This document shows positions 1 through 9,059 of a DNA stretch of 32,000 bases, one piece after another. Every line of letters starts with the position of its first letter. Within the stretch, counting starts at the first letter, position 1. A program made the translations under genes and the position numbers. Below the pieces are notes generated by a model. That model saw only the letters and a list, made by a program, of their open reading frames with translations, ran no database searches and was not told the DNA's origin. Source of the stretch: Synechococcus sp. A15-28 (GTDB taxonomy: Bacteria; Cyanobacteriota; Cyanobacteriia; PCC-6307; Cyanobiaceae); the NCBI RefSeq assembly GCF_014280175.1, contig NZ_CP047931.1, positions 1,500,001 through 1,532,000 of the forward strand, written 5' to 3'.

Positions 1-89
1 TCCGTAGGCTGCCAGCACTGGGAGATTCCGCCATCGAGCATCCCACTGAGCTTCTTGATCAACGCAGCCGAGCACGGGCCCTGCGCTCC

Positions 90-413
90 ATGCGCTGCCT
101 GCCCTTTTCGGCAGCGCTATACCGGGAGCTGCAGCGGCAGGGGCTGGATGCCGACACCATCTGGCAAGACAAGTCCCGCTTCGGTCGTGGCCCGACCTGG
201 CCACGGGATGGGGAACACCTTGAAGACGATCTGCGCTGGCTGATCACCGTGGGCGTGCTGCGGCGGGAAGTGGACGGCCAGGGGCTCACCAGTCGCTTTC
301 GACTCACACCCCTGGGACGGGATCTGCTGGAGGCCCGTCAGGCTGAGCTGCTGCAGCCACCGGGCTGGAACGATCGTCTACGGCAGGCGCTGCGGCGCCG
401 CTGGCCGTTTTGA
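90..413 (+). CDS. hypothetical protein (possibly 5'-truncated by the window edge)
   Basis: 107-aa ORF from ATG 90. The same frame has no stop codon back to nt 3, so the true start may lie upstream of the window. Stop TGA 411-413 overlaps the TTG at 410 of the next ORF. No family recognisable by eye. Confidence 0.45.
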   Translation: MRCLPFSAALYRELQRQGLDADTIWQDKSRFGRGPTWPRDGEHLEDDLRWLITVGVLRREVDGQGLTSRFRLTPLGRDLLEARQAELLQPPGWNDRLRQALRRRWPF

Positions 414-1900
414 ACGTGCAGCGTCCACTGATGGTGCTGGGGACCTCCAGTGGTGCCGGCAAATCCCTGATGACCGCCGCCCTCTGCCGGGTGCTGCGCC
501 GCCACGGTGAACAACCCCTGCCGTTCAAAGGGCAGAACATGAGCAACAACGCCTGGGTGGATGCCGATGGCGGCGAGATGGCGTACTCCCAGGCGATGCA
601 GGCCTGGGCTGCCGGTCTGGAGCCCTGCTGTGCGATGAATCCGGTGCTGCTCAAGCCGCGGGGCGACAGCACCAGTGAGGTGATCCATGGCGGCCGCAGC
701 GTTGGCCTGGCCCGAGCAGAGCATTACTACCGCGACTGGTTCCGTCCCGGCTGGCAGGCGATCCGCAGCGGGTTGAGCGAGCTGCAGCAGCGGTGGCCCC
801 AAGGCCGGCTGGTGCTGGAGGGGGCCGGCAGTCCGGTGGAGGTGAATCTGCAGCGACGGGACCTCACCAACCTGCGACTGGCTCAGTACCTCCGCGCCAA
901 CTGCCTGCTGGTGGCGGACATCGAACGCGGCGGCGTCTTCGCCCAGATCGTCGGCACGCTGGCACTGTTGCGCCCGGTGGAACGGCACTTGATCAAAGGC
1001 ATCCTGATCAACCGTTTCCGCGGGCGACGGGAGCTGTTCGATGAAGGGCGCAGCTGGCTGGAACAACACACAGGCGTTCCGGTGCTTGGCGTCATGCCCT
1101 GGCTGAACGATCTGTTCCCACCGGAGGATTCCCTCGATCTGCTGGAGCGCAAACCGAGCCGAGGGCCCACCGATCTGGAGATCGCGGTGCTGAAGTTGCC
1201 GTCAATCAGCAACTTCTCCGATCTGGACCCATTGGAAGCAGAACCCAGCCTGCGGCTGCGCTGGGTACACCCTGGCGACAGCCTCGGAAGCCCTGATGCT
1301 GTGCTGCTGCCCGGAAGCAAACAGACCCTGCGGGACCTCGAGGCTCTGCGCAGCAGCGGACTGGACCGTCAACTGGTGGAATTCACCAGTCGTGGAGGCT
1401 CACTGCTGGCGATCTGCGGTGGCATGCAGCTGATCGGGCGCGCGTTGCACGACCCAGATCAACTGGAGGGAGGCGATGGGGTTGGGCCCTGGCCCGGGCT
1501 CGGGCTGTTGCCCCTCACCACGCGCTTCGGTGGAACAAAGGCCCTGCGGCAACGCGAGGTGCAAGCGCTCTGGCCGGAAACAACCCCGATCTCCGGCTTC
1601 GAACTGCACCACGGCAGCACCCAGGCCAGCGATGACCTGCTGCCGCTCTGCCATGAGCCGGGTCTCGGCTGGTGGAGCTCAACGCCATCTGGTGGGACCA
1701 TCATCGGCACTTATCTGCATGGTCTTCTCGACAACGGCCCCTGGCGGCGTCATTGGCTGAATCAACTGCGCAAACGCAAGGGGCTGACGGACCTGGCCAC
1801 CAACCTGCCGAACCATGGGGAGCACCGCCATCAACTGCTCGAACGCCTGGCCGATGCCTTCGAGCAACATGTGGACCTCTCACCCCTGTTGCAGTCGTGA
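410..1900 (+). CDS. cobQ: cobyric acid synthase (CobQ/CbiP)
   Basis: 496-aa ORF with N-terminal [13 protein letters not shown] nucleotide-binding loop. C-terminal glutamine amidotransferase-like part has [12 protein letters not shown] (nucleophile Cys) and [10 protein letters not shown]. The ORF-track start is TTG 410; ATG at 431 (MVLGTSSG...) is an alternative start. Confidence 0.9.
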   Translation: MNVQRPLMVLGTSSGAGKSLMTAALCRVLRRHGEQPLPFKGQNMSNNAWVDADGGEMAYSQAMQAWAAGLEPCCAMNPVLLKPRGDSTSEVIHGGRSVGLARAEHYYRDWFRPGWQAIRSGLSELQQRWPQGRLVLEGAGSPVEVNLQRRDLTNLRLAQYLRANCLLVADIERGGVFAQIVGTLALLRPVERHLIKGILINRFRGRRELFDEGRSWLEQHTGVPVLGVMPWLNDLFPPEDSLDLLERKPSRGPTDLEIAVLKLPSISNFSDLDPLEAEPSLRLRWVHPGDSLGSPDAVLLPGSKQTLRDLEALRSSGLDRQLVEFTSRGGSLLAICGGMQLIGRALHDPDQLEGGDGVGPWPGLGLLPLTTRFGGTKALRQREVQALWPETTPISGFELHHGSTQASDDLLPLCHEPGLGWWSSTPSGGTIIGTYLHGLLDNGPWRRHWLNQLRKRKGLTDLATNLPNHGEHRHQLLERLADAFEQHVDLSPLLQS

Positions 1901-2136
1901 GCAGCATCGCCGTGCGCTGGCCGGATGGCCACACCACACAGGAGACCGTTGGCAGCGACTGGTTGCAGGCTGCTGCCAAGGCGGGGGTTGCCATTCCCAC
2001 CGGATGCCTGGGGGGCAGCTGCGGCGCCTGTGAGATCGAGTTGAACGGCAAGGTGGTACGGGCCTGCATCAGCACGGTGCCACCTTCAAAATCTGGACAG
2101 TTATCGGTGGACTTCGCCACCGATCCCCACTGGTGA
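1897..2136 (+). CDS. small stand-alone 2Fe-2S ferredoxin-like protein (79 aa)
   Basis: GTG 1897 overlaps the cobQ stop (GTGA). Product [11 protein letters not shown]...[22 protein letters not shown]... has a C-x4-C-x2-C-x11-C cluster motif. The upstream part of track ORF 1672-2136 overlaps cobQ and is discounted. Confidence 0.7.
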   Translation: MSSIAVRWPDGHTTQETVGSDWLQAAAKAGVAIPTGCLGGSCGACEIELNGKVVRACISTVPPSKSGQLSVDFATDPHW

Positions 2137-3383
2137 CTCAGCTTCGTCTCAGCGCGCTGGCCCTGCTCACAGGAGCCATCAGTGGAGCAGGGGTCGCCCT
2201 GTTTATGGGGCTGATCGGCCTGATGACCCAAGCGCTCTGGGGGGATCCGGTGGTGGAAGGGCTGGACCGGCAGATTCCGTGGGTCTGGTCGCTGTCGATC
2301 TGCAGTGGCATCGGCGTGGTGCTCAGCCAGCTGCATCGCGCCGGTGAGCACACCTTGCTGCCGGAGCTGCCGGAGACGATCGCCGATCTGCGGGATCCAG
2401 ATCATGCACCACCTCGCAACAACGTCCAAGCCATCCTCGGTGCCGCACTGGCCCAGATCGGCGGCGGCAGCATCGGCCCAGAAGCCCTGATGACCCGCCT
2501 GGCCGCAGTGATCAGTCAACGGATCTGGCGGGGGCGAGACCACGACCTCAAGCTGGCCGCCACCGCCGGCAGTCTTGGCCTGTTCGGCTTTCCACTGCTG
2601 GGGGGGGCTGTCGTTCAGACCAGTCAGCGGCGTGATCTGATCGCACGCTGGACACCCGGCACCCTCGGGGGATTGGCAGGTTTCGCCGCCTTCCATGGCA
2701 TCGACCAGGCCAGTGGCGGCAGCCTGCAGCGCATGGCCTACAGCTGGCCCAGCAACCTCGGGGATGATCTCGGCACCCTCAGCTCAGGGGCCATGGCCGG
2801 TGTGGTGGGTTGGGGCCTCGGCTGGCTGCTGCTGCGCTGGCGGAGCTGGCTTGAACCGCGGCAGCTCCTGGCCCACTGGCGCTGGTGGCCGGCGCTAACG
2901 GGGCTGTTGCTGGGCATCACCATGCACTGGCTGCCCCTGGTGCCCTTCGCTGGAGAGGAGCAACTGCGTCCGCTGCTGGAGGGTGCAGGCAGCACAAATG
3001 CCTTCCTTCTGATCATCTCGGCGATCGTCAAGCTGCTGCTGCTGGGCCTCTGCCTGGAAACCGGCTGGCGCGGCGGCATCTTCTTCCCACTGTTCCTGGT
3101 CGCCTGCGCTGCGGGTGTCGGCCTGCACGAGCTATCGCCAAACCTGGGCAGCCTGGGGAGTTGGTGCGGTGGCATCACCGGCGCGATCTATCTCACAGTG
3201 CTGCGCTCACCCTTGGTGGCCTTGATCCTGGGCCTTGGTCTGTTGCAGGGCCATGGCGCCACAGCCGTGTTGGTGGGTGTGGCCGTGGCCTGGCTGATCA
3301 CGCATCGCTCTCCACCGGGTAATGCCCCTCCACCTGCCCGGCAAACACCCGACTCGCCCGGATGTCCGGAGCCTCAATGGTGA
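2133..3383 (+). CDS. ClC-family (voltage-gated chloride channel-like) membrane protein
   Basis: 416-aa polytopic hydrophobic [11 protein letters not shown] and GGIFFPLF resemble the ClC selectivity-filter motifs (GxEGP, GxFxP). No CBS tail. GTG start 2133 overlaps the ferredoxin stop (GTGA). Confidence 0.65.
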   Translation: MTQLRLSALALLTGAISGAGVALFMGLIGLMTQALWGDPVVEGLDRQIPWVWSLSICSGIGVVLSQLHRAGEHTLLPELPETIADLRDPDHAPPRNNVQAILGAALAQIGGGSIGPEALMTRLAAVISQRIWRGRDHDLKLAATAGSLGLFGFPLLGGAVVQTSQRRDLIARWTPGTLGGLAGFAAFHGIDQASGGSLQRMAYSWPSNLGDDLGTLSSGAMAGVVGWGLGWLLLRWRSWLEPRQLLAHWRWWPALTGLLLGITMHWLPLVPFAGEEQLRPLLEGAGSTNAFLLIISAIVKLLLLGLCLETGWRGGIFFPLFLVACAAGVGLHELSPNLGSLGSWCGGITGAIYLTVLRSPLVALILGLGLLQGHGATAVLVGVAVAWLITHRSPPGNAPPPARQTPDSPGCPEPQW

Positions 3384-4218
3384 TCAGATCATCCTTGGTG
3401 AGCGCTTCGGCCATGCGCGCAAAAAGGCGGTTGGCCTGCCGCAACCGGGCCCGATCGATGGCATTGCGGATGGAGCGGGCGTTGGCGAAAAAGGGCAGCT
3501 GGCGCCGCAGTGCGATGTACTCGGCAAAGGCCTGCTCGGCCTCCGCGCTGAAGCGGTACTGCTGCGCATCCAACAGCAACCCGGCGATCGCCATCAGGTC
3601 CGCATCGCTGTAATCCGGGAAATCCAGGTGATGGGGCACCCGGGAGGAGAGCCCCGGATTGGAGCTGTAGAAGCGATCCATCCGGTCCTTGTATCCCGCG
3701 AAGATCACCACCACATCGCCACGCCGGCTCTCCATTTCCTGCAGCAGGATCTCAATCGCCTCAGCGCCGTAGTCCCTTTCGTTGTCTGGCTTGTAGAGGT
3801 AGTAAGCCTCATCAATGAACAGCACACCCCCCTGAGCTCGCTTAAGCATCTCCTTGGTTTTGGGAGCGGTATGCCCGACGTACTGCCCCACCAGATCGTC
3901 GCGGCTGGCCGTCACCACATGGCCTTTGCGGAGGTATCCGAGGCGATGCAGGATCTGCGACATCCGCTGCGCCACCGTGGTCTTTCCCGTGCCGGGATTG
4001 CCCGTGAACGACATGTGAAGGCTTGGGGCTGTGCTGGGAAGTTCCAGCTGCTGTCGCGCCTGGTCCACCAGCAACAAGGCGGCAATCTCACGGATCCGCG
4101 TCTTCACCGCCACAAGGCCGATTAGCTCCTGATCCAGCTGCTCCAGCACCTGAGCCACGCCGGATTCGGCGTAATTCGCCGCCAGATCAACCGAGGAGGG
4201 CATCGATCTGGGCGGCAA
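3298..4218 (-). CDS. cbbX: CbbX, AAA+ RuBisCO-activase-type ATPase (red-type CbbX family)
   Basis: 306 aa. Walker A GNPGTGKT, Walker B VLFIDEAY. Has blocks I recognise from characterised CbbX: [49 protein letters not shown]. Last gene of the same-strand carboxysome/CO2-uptake run. Confidence 0.9.
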   Translation of the reverse strand: MPPRSMPSSVDLAANYAESGVAQVLEQLDQELIGLVAVKTRIREIAALLLVDQARQQLELPSTAPSLHMSFTGNPGTGKTTVAQRMSQILHRLGYLRKGHVVTASRDDLVGQYVGHTAPKTKEMLKRAQGGVLFIDEAYYLYKPDNERDYGAEAIEILLQEMESRRGDVVVIFAGYKDRMDRFYSSNPGLSSRVPHHLDFPDYSDADLMAIAGLLLDAQQYRFSAEAEQAFAEYIALRRQLPFFANARSIRNAIDRARLRQANRLFARMAEALTKDDLITIEAPDIRASRVFAGQVEGHYPVESDA

Positions 4219-4447
4219 AAGCGTGGTCGGCTTCGCTCAGCTGCGCCTCATCGCCATCGGCCTCGGGCCGGAGCGTGATGTTCACATAGGTGCTCCCGAA
4301 GCTAATGTCCGGAAAACGCTGGGTGGCCTCGCTGTGCTCGCCCAGTTTGTCGAGGAAATCCCTGGTGGAGCTGTAGCCATCGAACTCGAAGCGTCGCTCC
4401 AGACAGACCGGACGCTTGCGTTCCTGCCACTGATCCATCGTTGTCAT
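4187..4447 (-). CDS. pterin-4a-carbinolamine dehydratase-like protein (alpha-carboxysome RuBisCO assembly factor, acRAF type)
   Basis: 86-aa ORF of PCD/DCoH-like size and sequence style (...[40 protein letters not shown]...). Lies in a carboxysome-associated position between chpX and cbbX. Its 3' end overlaps the cbbX start by 32 nt. Confidence 0.75.
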   Translation of the reverse strand: MTTMDQWQERKRPVCLERRFEFDGYSSTRDFLDKLGEHSEATQRFPDISFGSTYVNITLRPEADGDEAQLSEADHAFAAQIDALLG

Positions 4448-4463
4448 TGGTCCTGTTGAAAAC

Positions 4464-5606
4464 CTAGAGGAGCGCCACCCGCTGGCAGCCCATCAGCCGC
4501 GCCGACCACGTCTCGGCGTAGGCACGGTTGGCCGCCTGCTGATCTGGATCGTCGGTGTCCAAGGGATGGAGCATGGTGCCGGCGATGGCGCCATTGGTCA
4601 CGCAGAACATCGACTTCTGGAAGCTGACGCAGATCTGAACGTGCACGTCGGTCTGCCCCCGGCCGTTGTCGTCGTACCAGCGGCTGAGTTCATCGGGCAG
4701 ATGGCGGTACATGTCCTGCATGCACAGGCTCGGAGGAATGCCCGCCCCCATGCTGGGAATCGGATCGGCGTAAAGGGCGCCGTACTTGAAATCACTGATG
4801 TCCGGTGAGATCTGACGGGCCTGGGCGTTGTAGGACACCGTTCCCAGGAACGGCATGCCGCGGAAGAACACGGCTTCCACGTAAGGCACGGCCACATCCA
4901 CCAGAAAGGTGAGACCGGCCTCGGGAGGCAACACCCAGATCTCCTCACCACCCACGGTCACCTTGTAAGTAATCGGGTTGCCGGCCGCAGCCACCAATCC
5001 GTCGCGGATGTGATGCACCACATCGCGAACGCAGGTGATCTCCTTGATCGCATAGCGACGGGCCATGTCGACGAACAGATCACTCATCACCCGCCAGAAG
5101 AGACCGAGGCAATAGATCGTGGTGAGCGATCGGATCGATTCAGGAGCAAATCCTGGATAAAGGCGATTGGTGAGCGCCAGCAACGGATCCCGCGAAGCCT
5201 TGCGTTGAATGATCCGCTGGCAGGTTTCAGCGAATTCAGGCGTGTCGAGGTAAGCATCCAAACCTCCGGTGCCGTGCCAGAACATCGCCTTCTGGCAGTA
5301 CTCGGCGTACTCAAAGTTGATGCGGTCCCCCAGCAGGTGCTTCCACAGCCGCTTCAGATTGAAGCCCTCATGAAAGAAGCGGAACACCGGGAAGGGATTG
5401 AGCAATTGCGTCTCCCCCTGATCCACCAGGTTTTTGCTGTAGGCATCCAGGACGATGCCGTAACTCTCCAGCACATTCACCACCTGGAGCAGATGGTCCG
5501 GCGTGTCCTTGAGCAGCGGCGTGTCGCTCAGCAGCCGACGGATCAGTTCCTCCTGATCCGGCAGCAACGGAGGTGCCGCTGGGGTGGGCTTGAGGGTGGT
5601 GGTCAT
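4464..5606 (-). CDS. chpX: CO2 hydration protein ChpX (CupB) of the NDH-1(4) CO2-uptake complex
   Basis: 380-aa soluble ORF immediately downstream of ndhF4-ndhD4, with an ATGA start/stop overlap with ndhD4. Sequence style of the ChpX/ChpY family (...VLESYGIVLDAYSKNLVDQ...FPVFRFFHEGFNLKRLW...). Confidence 0.85.
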   Translation of the reverse strand: MTTTLKPTPAAPPLLPDQEELIRRLLSDTPLLKDTPDHLLQVVNVLESYGIVLDAYSKNLVDQGETQLLNPFPVFRFFHEGFNLKRLWKHLLGDRINFEYAEYCQKAMFWHGTGGLDAYLDTPEFAETCQRIIQRKASRDPLLALTNRLYPGFAPESIRSLTTIYCLGLFWRVMSDLFVDMARRYAIKEITCVRDVVHHIRDGLVAAAGNPITYKVTVGGEEIWVLPPEAGLTFLVDVAVPYVEAVFFRGMPFLGTVSYNAQARQISPDISDFKYGALYADPIPSMGAGIPPSLCMQDMYRHLPDELSRWYDDNGRGQTDVHVQICVSFQKSMFCVTNGAIAGTMLHPLDTDDPDQQAANRAYAETWSARLMGCQRVALL

Positions 5607-7093
5607 GAAAGTCCTCCGCTGATCTGACTCAGCCCCGTGGTGGCTGCTTCACTGAGGTTCGACAGCAGTTCCGGCGCCAGGCCAAGGGCGAGAACACCAA
5701 GGCTGAGAGCAATGGCAGGCACCTGTTCCCGCAAGGCAACACGGTCGAGAATACGGGGATTCACCACCTCGCCGGGGGCGATGGCGAGACGACCGAAGAA
5801 CGCGCGGTTCACCAGCAACAGGAAATACACCGCCGTGAGACCAGAGCCCACCATCGACAGCAATGTGGCGATCGGGAAAGGCTGGAGGCTTCCGCGGAAG
5901 ATCAGAAATTCGGAGATGAAGCCCGCCATGCCAGGAATACCGGCGCTGGCCATCACACCGATGATCATCAGAGAGCCGGTCAGCGGTAGTCCGCGCTGCG
6001 GGTTCAACAGACCGCGCAACACGTTGAGATCGCGGGTGCCGGTGCGGGCGTAGACCACTCCAACCAGCAGAAAGAGCACTCCGGAGATCAAGCCATGGCT
6101 GACCATCTGGAAGAGGGCACCCATCAAGCCCAGCGGTGTGGCGGCGGCCGCCGCTAGCAGCACGTAGCCCATGTGGCCAACTGAGCTGTAGGCCACCATC
6201 CGCTTCATGTCGGTTTGCGCAATGGCGGCCAGGGTGCCGTAAAGCACCGAGATCGCGGCCCAGGCCGCCAGCCAGGGGGAGGCCAGCTGCCAGGCCTCCG
6301 GGAACAGTCCGAGGCAGAACCGCAGCAGGCCGTAGGTCCCCAGCTTGAGCAACACCCCGGCCAGCAGCACCGACACCGGCGTCGAGGCCTCGGTGTGGGC
6401 ATCCGGAAGCCAGGTGTGGAAGGGGAAAAGGGGAATCTTGATGCCGAAACCGATCAGCAGTGCACCCATCAGCACCAGCTGCGCCGTCATTCCGAGCTCA
6501 CCGGCCAGGATCGGCTGCAGGCTGAAATCCATCGTGCCGCTGACGAACGCCAGCCCCAGGAAGGCCGCCAGGATCAGCACACCGGACACCGCCGTGACGA
6601 TCAGAAACTTGGTGGCGGCATAGGCCCGATTGGCACCACCCCAGACAGCGATCAACAACCACAGCGGAATCAGTTCCAGCTCGTAGAACAGGAAAAACAG
6701 CAGCAGGTTCTGAGACAGGAAGGCACCGTTCACCGCACCGCTGATCACCAGCAGCAAGGCGAAGTAGATGCGGGGGCGATTCTCAATCGAACGCGAGGCG
6801 ATGGCGGCCACCAGGCAGAGCACCCCGTTCATCAGCACCAGGGGCAGGGACAATCCATCCACCGCCAGGGCGTAATCCAGACCGATCGCATGGACCCAGC
6901 GGGCCTGCTCAATCAGCTGAAGTCCGGCGTCCGTGGGGTCGAAGGGCAACAGCAGGGCAAAGCTGGCCACGCATTGAACGGCCAGCAACACGATCGACAC
7001 CTCGCGCAACCGATTGCTGGTGGGTGATCCCGGCCAGAGGATCAAGGCCAGTGCCCCCAGCAGGGGAATCAAGAGCAGCAGGGAAAGCAACAT
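5603..7093 (-). CDS. ndhD4: NAD(P)H-quinone oxidoreductase subunit D4 (NuoM-like)
   Basis: 496-aa polytopic antiporter-like subunit (MLLSLLLLIPLLGAL..., ...PFHTWLPDAH...). Sits in the ndhF4-ndhD4-chpX order. Confidence 0.85.
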   Translation of the reverse strand: MLLSLLLLIPLLGALALILWPGSPTSNRLREVSIVLLAVQCVASFALLLPFDPTDAGLQLIEQARWVHAIGLDYALAVDGLSLPLVLMNGVLCLVAAIASRSIENRPRIYFALLLVISGAVNGAFLSQNLLLFFLFYELELIPLWLLIAVWGGANRAYAATKFLIVTAVSGVLILAAFLGLAFVSGTMDFSLQPILAGELGMTAQLVLMGALLIGFGIKIPLFPFHTWLPDAHTEASTPVSVLLAGVLLKLGTYGLLRFCLGLFPEAWQLASPWLAAWAAISVLYGTLAAIAQTDMKRMVAYSSVGHMGYVLLAAAAATPLGLMGALFQMVSHGLISGVLFLLVGVVYARTGTRDLNVLRGLLNPQRGLPLTGSLMIIGVMASAGIPGMAGFISEFLIFRGSLQPFPIATLLSMVGSGLTAVYFLLLVNRAFFGRLAIAPGEVVNPRILDRVALREQVPAIALSLGVLALGLAPELLSNLSEAATTGLSQISGGLS

Positions 7094-7103
7094 CTCAGGG
7101 CGA

Positions 7104-8948
7104 TCAGGTAAGGAACCAGCTCACCGTGGTGAGAAAGAGAACAATGGCCACCAGCACTGTGAGCACATAGGACTGGCTCTGGCCGCTGACACTCAGCTTC
7201 AAGCCCTCGGCGCTCTGCAGCGACAATCGGGCCACACCATTGAGCAAGCCGTCAACGACGGTGCGGTCAAACCACGAGGCCAGGCGCGATACACGGGCCA
7301 CCACATTGACGATGGTGACTCGGTAGAAATTCTCTGTGTAGAAGTCGTAGGCCAGCAGGTCCTGGAACCAGCGCAGCCAAGGGTTGAGCGAACGGGACCA
7401 GGCCTTGCTCAACGGCAGCAGGGCACCAGCGATCAGCCCGATCAGACCGCTGCCCACCACAAGACCTGCAGCCCAGAGCGGAAACGCCAGAAGACCGTCG
7501 AGGGATTCGAGGCGGACCAGCAGGAATGGCGTCAGCAGCACCACCACAGAGAGGGCCACCATCGGCAACGCCATCTGCCAGTTCACCTCAGCCGACCGGC
7601 GCGACTTGATCAGCGGATTGCCCAGGAACACATGACGGAACACCCGAACCAAACCGAGGGCCGTGAGAGCGTTGGTCAACAGAAAGATCCCCATGAAGGG
7701 GATCGAGCGAACGCTGAGCAACTCGATCGACTGAGCCAGGGCAAGAAATCCACCTAAAGGGAGGAACCCCACCAGACCGGCACCACCCACGATGAACGCC
7801 GTGGTGGTGGCGGGCATCCGGCTGCCCAGACCACCCAGCTCTGTGATGTCCTGGCAGTTGGTGGACGCGATAACGCCACCGATGCTCATCGACAGCAATG
7901 CCTTTGAGACGGCATGGGAGAACAGCAGCAGCAGGGCCAGAACCGGAATCTGCAGGGCGATGGCGATGAACACCAGACCCAGATGGGCCGTGGTCGTGTA
8001 CGACTGGGTGCGCTTGATGTCCACCTGTGCGATGGCCACCAGCGATCCACCGATGGCGCTGATGCTGCCGATCACCAGCAACACACCTTCGGCAATGGGT
8101 GAGAGCTGAAGGATCGGCATCACCTTGAGCAGAACGATCGCCCCGCAGGTGACGACAACGGAGTTCCGCAGGATGGAGGCAGGGTTGGGACCCTCCATCG
8201 CCTCATCCAGCCAGAGATGCATCGGGAACTGGGCGCACTTACCCGTGGGTCCAGCGATCAGACCGAGCCCCAGCAACGTCGCGGCCAGGGGAGAGAGCGC
8301 ATCCTGCGCCGCCCAGGCGTAGAGATCGTTGAACCCCATCGCGCCGGAATAACTGCAGAGGGCCACTACACCCATCAGCAGCAGCACGTCACCGACGCGC
8401 TTGGTGAGGAAGGCATCCCTGGCCGCCGTCACCACAAGGGGCTGGGCGTACCAGAAGCCCACCAACAAATAGGTGGAGAGGGTGAGCATCTCCAGGAGGA
8501 AATAGCTCTGGAACAGGGAATCACTCAGCACCACTCCGCTCATCGCTCCCTCAAAAAAGCCGAGCAGGGCAAAGAAGCGGGCCAGGGCCCACTCCTTGTC
8601 CATGTAGCCGAGGGAATAAACCTGAGAAAACAGACTGAGGCCCGTGATCAGTTCCAGGGCCACCAGGTTGGTGAGGGAAAGGCTGAAACTGATGTCCAGC
8701 TGCAGATCAGCAACGGTGAGCCAGGGGAAGGCCAGGTCCACCGGACCGGACTGATACACATGCTGGAGGATGAGGCTGCCGTGGCCGAAAGCCAGCAAGG
8801 TCAGAAGAATGTTGAGATAGGCCGCCGGGCGATGGGCATCCCTGCGGAAGAATCCTGATGCCCAGGGCAGCGACACCAGCATGCCGGCGAATCCATAAAG
8901 AGGAATCAACCAGGCGGTCTGGATGGGAAGCGAGAGCTCCTGGGTCAA
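7104..8948 (-). CDS. ndhF4: NAD(P)H-quinone oxidoreductase subunit F4 (NuoL-like)
   Basis: 614-aa polytopic ORF (..TAWLIPLYGFAGMLV.., ..FPMHLWLDEAMEGP..). Starts at TTG 8948. Paired with ndhD4 and chpX. Confidence 0.85.
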   Translation of the reverse strand: MTQELSLPIQTAWLIPLYGFAGMLVSLPWASGFFRRDAHRPAAYLNILLTLLAFGHGSLILQHVYQSGPVDLAFPWLTVADLQLDISFSLSLTNLVALELITGLSLFSQVYSLGYMDKEWALARFFALLGFFEGAMSGVVLSDSLFQSYFLLEMLTLSTYLLVGFWYAQPLVVTAARDAFLTKRVGDVLLLMGVVALCSYSGAMGFNDLYAWAAQDALSPLAATLLGLGLIAGPTGKCAQFPMHLWLDEAMEGPNPASILRNSVVVTCGAIVLLKVMPILQLSPIAEGVLLVIGSISAIGGSLVAIAQVDIKRTQSYTTTAHLGLVFIAIALQIPVLALLLLFSHAVSKALLSMSIGGVIASTNCQDITELGGLGSRMPATTTAFIVGGAGLVGFLPLGGFLALAQSIELLSVRSIPFMGIFLLTNALTALGLVRVFRHVFLGNPLIKSRRSAEVNWQMALPMVALSVVVLLTPFLLVRLESLDGLLAFPLWAAGLVVGSGLIGLIAGALLPLSKAWSRSLNPWLRWFQDLLAYDFYTENFYRVTIVNVVARVSRLASWFDRTVVDGLLNGVARLSLQSAEGLKLSVSGQSQSYVLTVLVAIVLFLTTVSWFLT

Positions 8949-9059
8949 AACGGCGAGCGGGATCGGGATCGGGCTGGTCGTTGATTGGCCGGCGAATCTA
9001 GGTAGGGCACCTGGTTCTGAGCGCTCTTTGTGAACGGCTGTAGTACTGGAGCTGTGATA

